Shown here piece after piece: positions 26,104-35,910 of a DNA stretch of 64,000 nt; the first letter of the stretch is position 1, and every line of letters starts with the position of its first letter. The stretch is taken from NCBI GenBank assembly GCA_964403585.1, contig CAYOFQ010000001.1, positions 1,472,826 through 1,536,825 of the forward strand, in the 5' to 3' direction. This DNA is from an uncultured Gammaproteobacteria bacterium (lineage in GTDB: Bacteria; Patescibacteriota; Microgenomatia; JALYQM01). A program made the position numbers and the translations under genes. Below the pieces are notes generated by a model. The model saw only the letters and a list, made by a program, of their open reading frames with translations, ran no database searches and was not told where the DNA came from.

Positions 26104-28629
26104 ATGTGGTGGATCATAGGACTCTCTATACCGATATTTTATTTCTATGGCATCATCAGTTTCATACTGTTTATTGTCCGGCGGGCTGAAAAGAAAACAA
26201 CACCTCCTCCAACAGAATCAGTTACTTCGCAGGAACAATTCCACGCCAAGTTCATACTTGAACTGGAGGATATTCAAAGTAAAACACCCGCCAAAACAAT
26301 AAGTGAAATAATTCAGGAATATAAACAGAAACTCAAAACGGTTGTTGCAGTTCAATCCATCCCGTTACAAACCTATCAGCAAGCCGCTCCGGTAACTCAA
26401 ACAACGGAATCACTTCAACCTGCTTCTGTTCCCTTAGCTATTAAAAAAGATCTTAGTGAAGCTTCTTCAAACTGGTATTCCGAAAATGCCATCAGCCTAT
26501 TACTCTATGTTGGAGCATTCTTTATCGTCGCTTCGGCCTCTATTTTTGTCGGGTTTCAGTGGGAAACAATTGGCGGTGTTGTTAAAGCACTTGTTATAAG
26601 TATATTAACATTGGCCTTTTTCGGGACGGGACTCTATTGCTATGGCATACCAAAAATAAAAACAGCCGGACGGGTATTTATTGCTATCGCTGCTTTGCTT
26701 ATTCCTTTCTGTGGACTCGCCTGGTACAACTTTGTACTGAAAGATGCCGGGTACACATTCGGATCCGTGTGGCTCATAACTTCAGTCGTAGCACTCGCCA
26801 CGTATATATCCCTCGCCTATTATCTTAAACACACGTTTTATCCGTATATTATTAGTGTCAGTGCCCTTTCACTAATGTTCTCAATCGTTAATGTAAACGG
26901 ACTCGAAAGTGACTATTACATTCTTTTCGGCATAGTTACCGCCTTCATCCTTTCGATCAGTGGCATGTTATTAAAGAATGCAGACTCCGAAGTTCAGACT
27001 ATTTTCAAATTTCCACTCGAAATTTCATCCCAGGTTATGATGCCGTTAGTACTCCTTTACGGTTTAAGCGTCGCCATCGCCGACGACAAGCTCTTAACCG
27101 CCCAGGGGACCATCAGCCTGCTGCTTGCCTCTGCTTTTTACTTGACTGACTATCTTATCAACAAACGACTCTGGAGTCTTGCCGCTGCTCAATTGCTCTT
27201 CCCGTTCACCGTCATCGTCTTTTTTAACTGGCAGGGTTACGACACGCTTTTACTGTTATATGTTTTGAGTCTGCTGTCGTTTACAGACCTCTGTCTCTCC
27301 TTTATCTTTAATAAATTTGGTCTGCTACGCGAAACCGATATCAGCGCCGGTCTCGGCATCATCAAACTGCTACTGATCTTCTTAATAAGCTTCGGTTTCG
27401 CACCTGATCCAATCCACAATGTGCTTTTTGCTACATTACCAGCGTTAGCCGGGGTACTGATCATGGCCATCAAACGGGATGTGCGCCACCTGGCACTAAC
27501 CTCTGCCTTTACCGGTATCACCATCTATTTGTATTTGAACATGGTTCTCAAACTCGAAGATCCAAGGTACACAGCCTACATTTTTGTGGCAATCGGCCTG
27601 CTGTGTTACGCACTCACAATAAAATATAAACAAACCAGAGACCTGTTCCAAATCATGGCTATCTCCACAACAGGATATCTCGCTGTCGCTCTGCTACTAA
27701 GTCTGGAACACGCAGGTACACTTACTATCCTAAATTGTAGTATCGCTGCAATTCTAACCAGTGCGACCTATTTCTTTACCAACAAGAACTTCATCTATGC
27801 GGGCAATGTAATGATTATCTTTGCTCTGGTATCACTACTCAAATATCTTAATGCTGATATCGCCTACACGCCACTCATTTTCACCGCTGTTTCCTTTGCG
27901 TTCTTTACTGCCGGACAAATGCTTCCTGAATCCGTGCGCCAGCAATACCGCTACACTGCCCTCCTCACAAATATCGGTACTCCGATAGTCTTTGGATTAC
28001 TATCAATTGACAATACCAGACAGGATTATAGCTATTACTACGGATTGCAGGCAGAACCCTCAGGAACAGGAAATACTTTTGAAAATAATGCACTCATCTC
28101 AGCGTATGCAGCCATTTGTATGACTGCACTGGATGCCGTACAGCGCAATTCAACTCTCATGAAATATGTTTCCTCTGCTGTTGCTATGTGTACATATCTA
28201 TGGCAAATTAAAGTGCTCGATGTCACTGAAACACAAATGTACACAGTCCCCCTCGGTATTTATTTCATGGTGTTAGCGTATATTCAACGACTCAAAAATA
28301 ACACGGAAAAATGGAACCTCTTAAATGCTTTAGGATTATTCTTATTGATCGTGCCGGGAATTTTCCAGTCCTTCGATATCGCCGGTGCCGGATATGCACT
28401 TTTAATAGGAGCAATCGGAATCATTATTCTCAGTCTTGGTCTCTCTTTAAACTATCGACTATATATATATGTAGGTATAGCTACTCTGGTATTGGCCGTA
28501 CTTTCTCAAACCTACGAATACTTGTCATCACTTCCTCGCTGGATAATCACCGGCGCCGTAGGAATCGGCTTCCTGGGTACAGCCACCTACTTATTACAAC
28601 ACCGGAAAGATCCACCGGAGCATAACTAA
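26104..28629 (+). CDS. large polytopic membrane protein (~20 TM), unknown function
   Basis: 841 aa, dominated by hydrophobic helices. Confidence 0.5.
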   Translation: MWWIIGLSIPIFYFYGIISFILFIVRRAEKKTTPPPTESVTSQEQFHAKFILELEDIQSKTPAKTISEIIQEYKQKLKTVVAVQSIPLQTYQQAAPVTQTTESLQPASVPLAIKKDLSEASSNWYSENAISLLLYVGAFFIVASASIFVGFQWETIGGVVKALVISILTLAFFGTGLYCYGIPKIKTAGRVFIAIAALLIPFCGLAWYNFVLKDAGYTFGSVWLITSVVALATYISLAYYLKHTFYPYIISVSALSLMFSIVNVNGLESDYYILFGIVTAFILSISGMLLKNADSEVQTIFKFPLEISSQVMMPLVLLYGLSVAIADDKLLTAQGTISLLLASAFYLTDYLINKRLWSLAAAQLLFPFTVIVFFNWQGYDTLLLLYVLSLLSFTDLCLSFIFNKFGLLRETDISAGLGIIKLLLIFLISFGFAPDPIHNVLFATLPALAGVLIMAIKRDVRHLALTSAFTGITIYLYLNMVLKLEDPRYTAYIFVAIGLLCYALTIKYKQTRDLFQIMAISTTGYLAVALLLSLEHAGTLTILNCSIAAILTSATYFFTNKNFIYAGNVMIIFALVSLLKYLNADIAYTPLIFTAVSFAFFTAGQMLPESVRQQYRYTALLTNIGTPIVFGLLSIDNTRQDYSYYYGLQAEPSGTGNTFENNALISAYAAICMTALDAVQRNSTLMKYVSSAVAMCTYLWQIKVLDVTETQMYTVPLGIYFMVLAYIQRLKNNTEKWNLLNALGLFLLIVPGIFQSFDIAGAGYALLIGAIGIIILSLGLSLNYRLYIYVGIATLVLAVLSQTYEYLSSLPRWIITGAVGIGFLGTATYLLQHRKDPPEHN

Positions 28630-28667
28630 CTATACTTTTAGAGAAATATAAAGGATATAACAACTAC

Positions 28668-29393
28668 CTAATAGGTAACTCTCGAAGAATTAATCAATGG
28701 ACAATATTCACTAATAAAAGAACTGTCCTTAATACATGAATTTCCTGGTGTGCACACTGGCTGACCTGCAGCCGAGTAAGAACTGGGACAACGCGCATCC
28801 GCTAACACCGTACGATTACCCATAAAGAAATATTCAGTTGAGGTAAACACATTTTTGTCCGAATGATATACCTCAATCTGGTAGCCAAACCCTTGCGTAA
28901 GTTGTGTTCGATCCCGGGAGTTAAAACGCGAACCGCGTACCATATAACTCTCCGTCTTCTGCCCTGGCTTTATCCACGTTAAAAACGTGGAATACGCTGG
29001 CGTATTTGTTGTATAGATTACCGAATCAGTTAATTCATAAATACCCGTTATTCGTAAAGAACCACCACTGTCATACTGATGATTCTTAATCGGTGAAAAA
29101 ACTGTCGGCGTTGGATAAACCGGGTAATAAGGAGTAGGCGTTGGCAAAATACCCCGTTCCAACCGGTCAATACGACTTTGCAATAAATTATTTCTCTGCT
29201 GGAGGGAACTGTTTTGAGCGGTTAATGAATCAATCGTCGCCTGTTGTGTATCAATTTTAGACTGCAGTTTCGTATTGGCAGGCTCACTGCGTAAATAGAT
29301 ACCCAGCCCGCCAACAATAATAACCAGAACCAGCACCATAATACCGATAACTATTTTGTCTGAAGAAATGTGCGTTGGTGATTCGGTATTCAT
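28668..29393 (-). CDS. membrane-anchored protein with coiled-coil and Cys-containing extracytoplasmic domain
   Basis: TM helix IVIGIMVLVLVIIVGG followed by a Gln/Leu-rich coiled-coil. The internal Met start is preferred. Confidence 0.45.
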   Translation of the reverse strand: MNTESPTHISSDKIVIGIMVLVLVIIVGGLGIYLRSEPANTKLQSKIDTQQATIDSLTAQNSSLQQRNNLLQSRIDRLERGILPTPTPYYPVYPTPTVFSPIKNHQYDSGGSLRITGIYELTDSVIYTTNTPAYSTFLTWIKPGQKTESYMVRGSRFNSRDRTQLTQGFGYQIEVYHSDKNVFTSTEYFFMGNRTVLADARCPSSYSAAGQPVCTPGNSCIKDSSFISEYCPLINSSRVTY

Positions 29394-29431
29394 AGCACTA
29401 CAATAGCGCAACAACAAATGGAGCGTCAATA

Positions 29432-30007
29432 TCACAATTGCTCAAGAAACACCTCCACAGACTGCTCAAGGTCTTCAAAGGAGCCGTTATTGTCAATCTG
29501 AAATTTTGCCAACTCAAAACATGCTTTGTAATTAACTGAATTTGGTGCGACCACGTTTCCTAATTCAATCTCATCAGCATACAGAAATTCCTCAAATGTT
29601 TCCGGGTCCCCCACCCGATTGCGCGCTTTCATGCGGTCATACCTGATCTTTGGGTCACAATAGACACGCACCACTACTACCGCGTCTGGGAATTTATCCT
29701 GAAGATAGTTGATCTCCTCTACCTGCCGACACCCGTCCACAACATAACTATGCAATCCTAAATCCATTGACTGAGATAAGAATTGAGTAGCAAAATCTTT
29801 TCCGTGCTCTGCTCGAAGAGCATTCGCCGTTGAACCAATATTCTGACGGGTTAAGGGAAGTCCCCGCTCTGCAGTAAACTTCCGGTACATGTCCGAAGTA
29901 GATAAATTAATAAACCCGTATCTTTTTTCAAGTATAGTACAAACATTTCCCTTACCGGAACCATTTAACCCCACCGGACATATAATGACATTTTCAGATC
30001 TCTTCAT
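29432..30007 (-). CDS. P-loop nucleoside/nucleotide kinase-like protein
   Basis: ICPVGLNGSGKG Walker A, similar to adenylate/cytidylate kinase. The Met at 30007 is preferred. Confidence 0.45.
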   Translation of the reverse strand: MKRSENVIICPVGLNGSGKGNVCTILEKRYGFINLSTSDMYRKFTAERGLPLTRQNIGSTANALRAEHGKDFATQFLSQSMDLGLHSYVVDGCRQVEEINYLQDKFPDAVVVVRVYCDPKIRYDRMKARNRVGDPETFEEFLYADEIELGNVVAPNSVNYKACFELAKFQIDNNGSFEDLEQSVEVFLEQL

Positions 30008-30185
30008 AGCCATCAGTGTACCACAACTATCAACAATAACAGCCCCGTAGAATTGACAAATAGCACTCACAGTGCTAGAATGCTATCCGTAAGAGAAAAT
30101 TATTATTCGTAATGTGAGCAATTTCTCACATTTGAGGCGAAAATAAAACTTCACCCCATTTGCCCACATCACATAACAACAAAAT

Positions 30186-31637
30186 ATGGAAAATCACACC
30201 GATCAATCTCAACCAGGTAGATTTGGGCGGCTACGTACTCAAGCTCAAAAAGCAGTTCTCGGACGCCCGTTTACTTCTTTTATTCTTGCCTTAGTTGCTT
30301 TGTTGGCACTAATTGGTATCGCTAACACTATTAATAAACCGCAGGAAACAACCAAAAAAACTGAAAAACCGCTCAAGGAAGTAAGTGTCTTTACTATTGG
30401 GACCAGTCCAAAAATAACCGCTCAGGCAACAATCAGAAAAAGTGGAACTATTTCTATATACGCCCAAACAGCCGGTGTAGTCCAAAAAGTATATAAAAAG
30501 GAAGGCGACAACGTCTCTAAAGGTACTAATTTAGTCTGGATATCCAACAATTACGCTGGTGGAACCGCTTCGTCATTACAACGCCAATTGGCCCAGAAAA
30601 ATTATGAATCAACCCGGAACAACTACAGCCTCAACGTCGATACCGTGAGTAAACAACGGGAACTAGCCGAGCTCAATCGGGATAACACCGAAGAACTACG
30701 CAAAATCAGTGAAAAATCCGCCCAGGAAACCAATGATCTTATTAACTTGAATCAGGAATTACTGCGAACAGTAGATACCGGCCTGCAGCAATTAGCATCA
30801 AATCCGGCACCAACAGCGACTGAATCTGCTCAGATCAACCAGTTAAAAGGACAACAGGCGCAGCTATCAGCCTCAATTAATCAGTTACGCAGTGGTGAAC
30901 GCGGCGCGTCCTATCAGGCCAATCCAAGCAATCCTCCAACATCCTTAGCAGATGCTCAACGCGATCTTACGCTTAAACAGTTAGAGCTTCAGGAACGCGG
31001 GCTTCTCCTGCAACTTGAAGTGAGCAAACTTAACTATCAAATCGCCCAGGTTTCCGAGGGATTAAACTACCCGGCATCACCGGTTGCCGGAAAAGTTGAA
31101 CGCATTAACGTCACTATCGGACAAACTGTTGCTCCCGGCGACCTGATCGCCGTAGTAACAACTGGTGAATCAAGTGCCATAGCTGATGCATTTGTTTCAA
31201 GTCAAACAGCTCAAAGAATTGCTAAGCTTGATCCCTCATTCCTCTACATCGGCAAAAACACCGTAGAGGTAACTCCGGCCTACGTCTCAACTCAACCAAC
31301 CAACGGCCAATTGTATAGCATTACCTACCAGATTCCTGAGGAATCAGTTAGCGCTGTCACAAATCAAAGTTACATCAAAGTTGAAATACCGGTTGGAGCT
31401 CCTGATACAACCGCCAGTACACCATTTATTCCTGTCGACGCTGTTTATCAAACCCAGGATGGAGCCTTTGTCTACCTTGTTGAAAAAAAGGATAACCGCG
31501 CAATTGCGAAAGGAAGAAAAATCGAACTGGGCACCATCACCGGAAGCTTCGTTGAAGTAACAAACGGCCTAACTAAAGAAGACCAAGTAATTACTGATCG
31601 CAATATTCTTGAAGGAGATAGCGTCAAGGTTAATTAA
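30186..31637 (+). CDS. efflux RND transporter periplasmic adaptor subunit (HlyD/MFP family)
   Basis: N-terminal TM, a long coiled-coil (QLKGQQAQLSASINQLRSG), and a C-terminal beta-barrel region. Immediately upstream of the RND permease. Confidence 0.7.
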   Translation: MENHTDQSQPGRFGRLRTQAQKAVLGRPFTSFILALVALLALIGIANTINKPQETTKKTEKPLKEVSVFTIGTSPKITAQATIRKSGTISIYAQTAGVVQKVYKKEGDNVSKGTNLVWISNNYAGGTASSLQRQLAQKNYESTRNNYSLNVDTVSKQRELAELNRDNTEELRKISEKSAQETNDLINLNQELLRTVDTGLQQLASNPAPTATESAQINQLKGQQAQLSASINQLRSGERGASYQANPSNPPTSLADAQRDLTLKQLELQERGLLLQLEVSKLNYQIAQVSEGLNYPASPVAGKVERINVTIGQTVAPGDLIAVVTTGESSAIADAFVSSQTAQRIAKLDPSFLYIGKNTVEVTPAYVSTQPTNGQLYSITYQIPEESVSAVTNQSYIKVEIPVGAPDTTASTPFIPVDAVYQTQDGAFVYLVEKKDNRAIAKGRKIELGTITGSFVEVTNGLTKEDQVITDRNILEGDSVKVN

Positions 31638-31640
31638 CCT

Positions 31641-34600
31641 ATGTCAGATCAAAACCTGTACCTTAACCGTCTTTCCTTCCCATCCAGGCTTAATACTGGC
31701 GTTGTTGCGTCATACTTACGTAACTTTCGGTTAACCCTCCTCCTGCTGATTTTCATCCTAATTGGAGGGATTGTCAGTTTTTTCAACTTACCCCAGCGCC
31801 TCAATCCGCCGATTAATATACCAATCGTAACTGTCGCGACTGTCCTGCCGGGAGCCTCTCCCCAGGACATTGAAACGCTCCTCACTATCCCGCTTGAGGA
31901 TCAAATCAACACCGTTAAAGGCGTAGATACGATCACATCCACTTCCCAGGACAATATGTCCTTAATTCAAGTTCAGTTCCTCTCCAACATCGATATCAAA
32001 CAGGCCGAATCCGATGTTAAATCAGCCGTCGATAAAGTATCCAGTCTTCCCGCGGATGCCCTCGATCCTTCCGTAAAGGCTTTGGACTTCGAAGACCAGC
32101 CCATTTGGACCTTTGCCCTTGGAACCCACGAAGAACTTCCGACATTAATGCGTGAAGCAGATAAACTCGAAAAAGCCATTTCCAAATCTCAAAAAGTTGA
32201 CCGGGTTGTAACATCAGGCTATGAAATCCAGGAAGTTCAGGTAGTACTTTCACCTGAAAAAATGCGCGAATACGGAATTAATGCCCAATCCCTGGCCCAA
32301 AGCATTAAACGTGCCGCCAACAGCTTTCCTCTCGGCAGCGTAAATACCGAAAACAACACCTTCTCGGTAACCATAAATCCGGAAATTGAAACCCTGCAGG
32401 ATATCCGGGATATCCGCTTAACCGTACACAACACCACAGTTCGTCTCGGTGAAATAGCCGAAGTATCAGAAAAACCAAAAGCGAACCAGACAAAATCCTT
32501 CCTCGCCTCAAATAAAGATACAGCCAAACGCGTGGTCCACTTCAGTGTATATAAAACACGCGATGCGGATATTAATCAGACATCTGACGAAGTTAAAAAA
32601 ATTGTTGACGATGAGTTAAAAACCACAGATAACCGGTTTACCTTAACAACAATTCTCAATACGTCAGACATGATCCGTACACAGTTCACCGACCTGTTGG
32701 GTGAGTTTCAAAGCACCATCATTCTGGTATTCATTTGTTTATTCCTGTTCATCGGCTTACGACAGGCAATCATTTCTGCCATAACCATACCATTAACATT
32801 CCTATCATCATTTATTTTCATGAGTATGGTGGGCATGTCCATCAATTTCTTGACCCTCTTTGCATTTTTGCTTTCACTCGGGCTGCTCGTCGATGACACC
32901 ATTGTCATTGTTTCGGCCATGACTACGTATTTTAAAACCGGAAAATTTACCATTAAGGAAACCGGATTACTTGTCTGGCGTGACTTTATCGTACCAATCT
33001 GGTCAACCACCATTACCACTATTTGGGCATTTGTACCCTTGCTACTGGCCAGCGGCATTATTGGTGAATTCATCAAGCCTATTCCAATCGTCATCTCTAT
33101 CGTCATGATCTCCTCTACTGCGATTGCTGTACTCATTACCCTTCCGCTCATGATGATCATTTTACGACCTCAATTTCCTGATCGGGTAAAAACACTCTTT
33201 AGAATATTGTTCTTTATCGTTGCAGTAGCGGTAATCATCCTTATCTCACCAAAGAATATTCTCCTGCCGTTTATTATCGTCGCCTACTTCGCGGTGCTCG
33301 GAATTATGATTACAATACGATCAATAGTCAAAGAGCGAACTCAAACAGTCATTGCAGGTAACAAACCGGCCAGCCGTGTTGCCGGAGTAATTAAGAAATA
33401 CATGGACAAACCGGTACTTAATATCGAAGTTGTTTCGCATGCGTATTATCGCCTAATCAACCGCATCCTGGAAAAACGCTCCAGCCGACGCAAAGTTGTC
33501 GCAGCGATCATTATTTTCGCTCTGGTATCATATGCGCTTGTGCCGCTTGGATTCGTTAAAAATGAATTCTTCCCGAAAACCGACGAAGACTATGTATATG
33601 TAAACATTGAGTATCCTGCCGGTACAAATACCGAAACACTCACTACCGAAGCATTGCAAATGCTCGACACCCTGCGTAAAACCAAGGAAACACAGTTTGT
33701 ATCGATGGAAATTGGCCATGCCGCAGGGAATTCATTTAGTGGTGGCGGGAATCAAAGCACTGTCTCATATACTTTCCACCTTTTACCAAAACACGACCGC
33801 AAAACAACCTCCATGGATATTGCACAGGAATTACGTAACAAATTAGAGAACTACGGCAAAGGGACTGTCTCCGTAGTTGAAGAAAGCGGCGGTCCACCTG
33901 CCGGATCGGATTTGCAAATCGAACTTTTCGGCGACGATTTAAATACTGTTGATTCTTATGCCAATAAATTAATGGATTACCTCAAATCCCGACCCGGAGT
34001 AACCAACGTCAGCAAATCTCTGAAACCGGGCACCAGTCAAATCGTCTTCGTCCCTAATCAGGAGGAAATGACTAAAGCCGGCGTTACCAGCGACGTTATC
34101 GGGTTCACCATTCGTACCTTCACCAGTGGCATGGAACTCGATAGCATTAAATTTAAAGGCAACGGCAATGATGAAGAAAAAGTAATGCTTATTGTTGGCA
34201 ATAGTACCAAAACGATGGAAGAATTAAACCAGATAACCATACCTGCCGGCCGAAATTCACTGCCCATTACTTCACTCGGCTCATTTGAAACTCAACAAAG
34301 TCCTACTCAGATCTCGCGTTCCGACCGCAAACGAACTATTACCGTCTCGGCCGGTATCCAGGCCGGGCAAGCCAACGTTACCGAAGAGGGCCAGAAACTT
34401 GAACAGTTTGCTACAGATAAACTAAATTTGCCGGACGGATATGCCTGGCAAACCGGTGGCGTTAACGAAGAAAATGCCAAGTCCATTCAATCAATTATCC
34501 AGGCTATGGGCGTAGCCTTCTTACTTATCTTAGTAACTATGGTGATACAGTTTGGATCATTTCGACAAGCCTTCATCGCACTTATCGTTATCCCGTTGGC

Positions 34601-34988
34601 GGTATCCAGCGTATTCTTTGTCTTTGCGTTGACCGGTACACCACTATCTTTCCCGGCACTCATTGGTGTATTGGCTTTATTCGGTATTATCGTCACCAAC
34701 TCCATGTTCATTATCGATAAAATAAACTTGAACAAACGCGAGGGCTTACCATTTAAAGAGGCAATCGCCGACGCGGGAGCTTCCCGTTTGGAACCAATTG
34801 TTTTAACAAAATTGTGTACAGTTCTTGGACTTCTTCCTATCACATTAGCCGAACCACTCTGGAGAGGATTAGGTGGCGCAATCATCGCAGGCGTTCTGTT
34901 AGCCTCAACTTTTATGCTGCTCTTTATCCCGGTAGTATACTATTCACTTTTCGTTAAAGAAGAAACCGCATCGGCTACCTCACAGTAA
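31641..34988 (+). CDS. efflux RND transporter permease (AcrB/HAE family)
   Basis: 1115 aa with a 12-TM pattern and two large periplasmic loops. Confidence 0.8.
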   Translation: MSDQNLYLNRLSFPSRLNTGVVASYLRNFRLTLLLLIFILIGGIVSFFNLPQRLNPPINIPIVTVATVLPGASPQDIETLLTIPLEDQINTVKGVDTITSTSQDNMSLIQVQFLSNIDIKQAESDVKSAVDKVSSLPADALDPSVKALDFEDQPIWTFALGTHEELPTLMREADKLEKAISKSQKVDRVVTSGYEIQEVQVVLSPEKMREYGINAQSLAQSIKRAANSFPLGSVNTENNTFSVTINPEIETLQDIRDIRLTVHNTTVRLGEIAEVSEKPKANQTKSFLASNKDTAKRVVHFSVYKTRDADINQTSDEVKKIVDDELKTTDNRFTLTTILNTSDMIRTQFTDLLGEFQSTIILVFICLFLFIGLRQAIISAITIPLTFLSSFIFMSMVGMSINFLTLFAFLLSLGLLVDDTIVIVSAMTTYFKTGKFTIKETGLLVWRDFIVPIWSTTITTIWAFVPLLLASGIIGEFIKPIPIVISIVMISSTAIAVLITLPLMMIILRPQFPDRVKTLFRILFFIVAVAVIILISPKNILLPFIIVAYFAVLGIMITIRSIVKERTQTVIAGNKPASRVAGVIKKYMDKPVLNIEVVSHAYYRLINRILEKRSSRRKVVAAIIIFALVSYALVPLGFVKNEFFPKTDEDYVYVNIEYPAGTNTETLTTEALQMLDTLRKTKETQFVSMEIGHAAGNSFSGGGNQSTVSYTFHLLPKHDRKTTSMDIAQELRNKLENYGKGTVSVVEESGGPPAGSDLQIELFGDDLNTVDSYANKLMDYLKSRPGVTNVSKSLKPGTSQIVFVPNQEEMTKAGVTSDVIGFTIRTFTSGMELDSIKFKGNGNDEEKVMLIVGNSTKTMEELNQITIPAGRNSLPITSLGSFETQQSPTQISRSDRKRTITVSAGIQAGQANVTEEGQKLEQFATDKLNLPDGYAWQTGGVNEENAKSIQSIIQAMGVAFLLILVTMVIQFGSFRQAFIALIVIPLAVSSVFFVFALTGTPLSFPALIGVLALFGIIVTNSMFIIDKINLNKREGLPFKEAIADAGASRLEPIVLTKLCTVLGLLPITLAEPLWRGLGGAIIAGVLLASTFMLLFIPVVYYSLFVKEETASATSQ

Positions 34989-35790
34989 CATAGTGTTGAT
35001 GCAGCTGTTCCATCACCCAGCCATAAAATGAACGATCCTTGTTAGCAAAGTAAGAATGTTTATATGGATTAGGTAGGTGTCTCATTACCACTCCATCTTC
35101 ATATAGTCGCTTAAATGCCGGATTTGTTCCTCTAATAAAAGGAAGTATCGGGGAGCTTTCCATATACTTGGGAGAAGAGTTGTTATACTTTCCGTTACGG
35201 TGCGTTTCGGCAATAAACCGCACTGCACTTTCAAAATAGTTTGACACATATCCATAACCGAGACCAAGATCGTCTTCAAAACTCCCAATGAGACTTCGCA
35301 CGTCAGGCACAATCCGCTGTAAAACATATTCAGGCAGACATTGCGCCGACTGTAGCCTGGTTTGGTGTGCACAAAAGAAACGATCCCAGATAACCAATCC
35401 TGCCATGGCCTGATGGACAAGTATTTCAATCTCACTCAGATTCCAATCGGCAACTAGCTTAGTTAAAAAAGGCGGAAAAGAATCCTGACCGGCCACCCAT
35501 TCGTATGGTACCGGTTCAAGTAACTCAGTGTTCGATTCAATCGGCAGCATCAGTGAACCTTCCACCGATCGTGCAAATCGACGAACCCGAACAGTATGAG
35601 CTACCATACTTCCACCAATACCGACTCTCCGTCTCAAACCAACAGGTACCGAATCCGGACTTGTCACACCACGCGTATCTAACTCTTTCTCAACCATAAA
35701 AAAAGGCGCTTCATCAGCGTCAGTTAATGTTAATTCTATTGGATAATTAGTCTTAGTATACCAATAACGAACACATAATAAAATATCCAA
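34975..35790 (-). CDS. hypothetical protein (271 aa)
   Basis: ORF overlapping the RND gene's 3' end by 14 nt. No recognised motif. Confidence 0.4.
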   Translation of the reverse strand: MDILLCVRYWYTKTNYPIELTLTDADEAPFFMVEKELDTRGVTSPDSVPVGLRRRVGIGGSMVAHTVRVRRFARSVEGSLMLPIESNTELLEPVPYEWVAGQDSFPPFLTKLVADWNLSEIEILVHQAMAGLVIWDRFFCAHQTRLQSAQCLPEYVLQRIVPDVRSLIGSFEDDLGLGYGYVSNYFESAVRFIAETHRNGKYNNSSPKYMESSPILPFIRGTNPAFKRLYEDGVVMRHLPNPYKHSYFANKDRSFYGWVMEQLHQHYVTVR

Positions 35791-35874
35791 TCTCCAGTAT
35801 CTAAAAAATAATCAAGCTTATAATTTACACCAATATACCATAATCAAACCAAAAGTATCCTGAATAACATATAT

Positions 35875-35902
35875 TGACAAGACCTATAATATTTAATATA
35901 AT
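35875..35902 (+). promoter_or_regulatory. promoter TTGACA-N16-TATAAT giving a near-leaderless transcript
   Basis: TATAAT ends 8 nt before the ATG at 35911. No Shine-Dalgarno sequence. Confidence 0.45.
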
Positions 35903-35910
35903 ACTGCTTT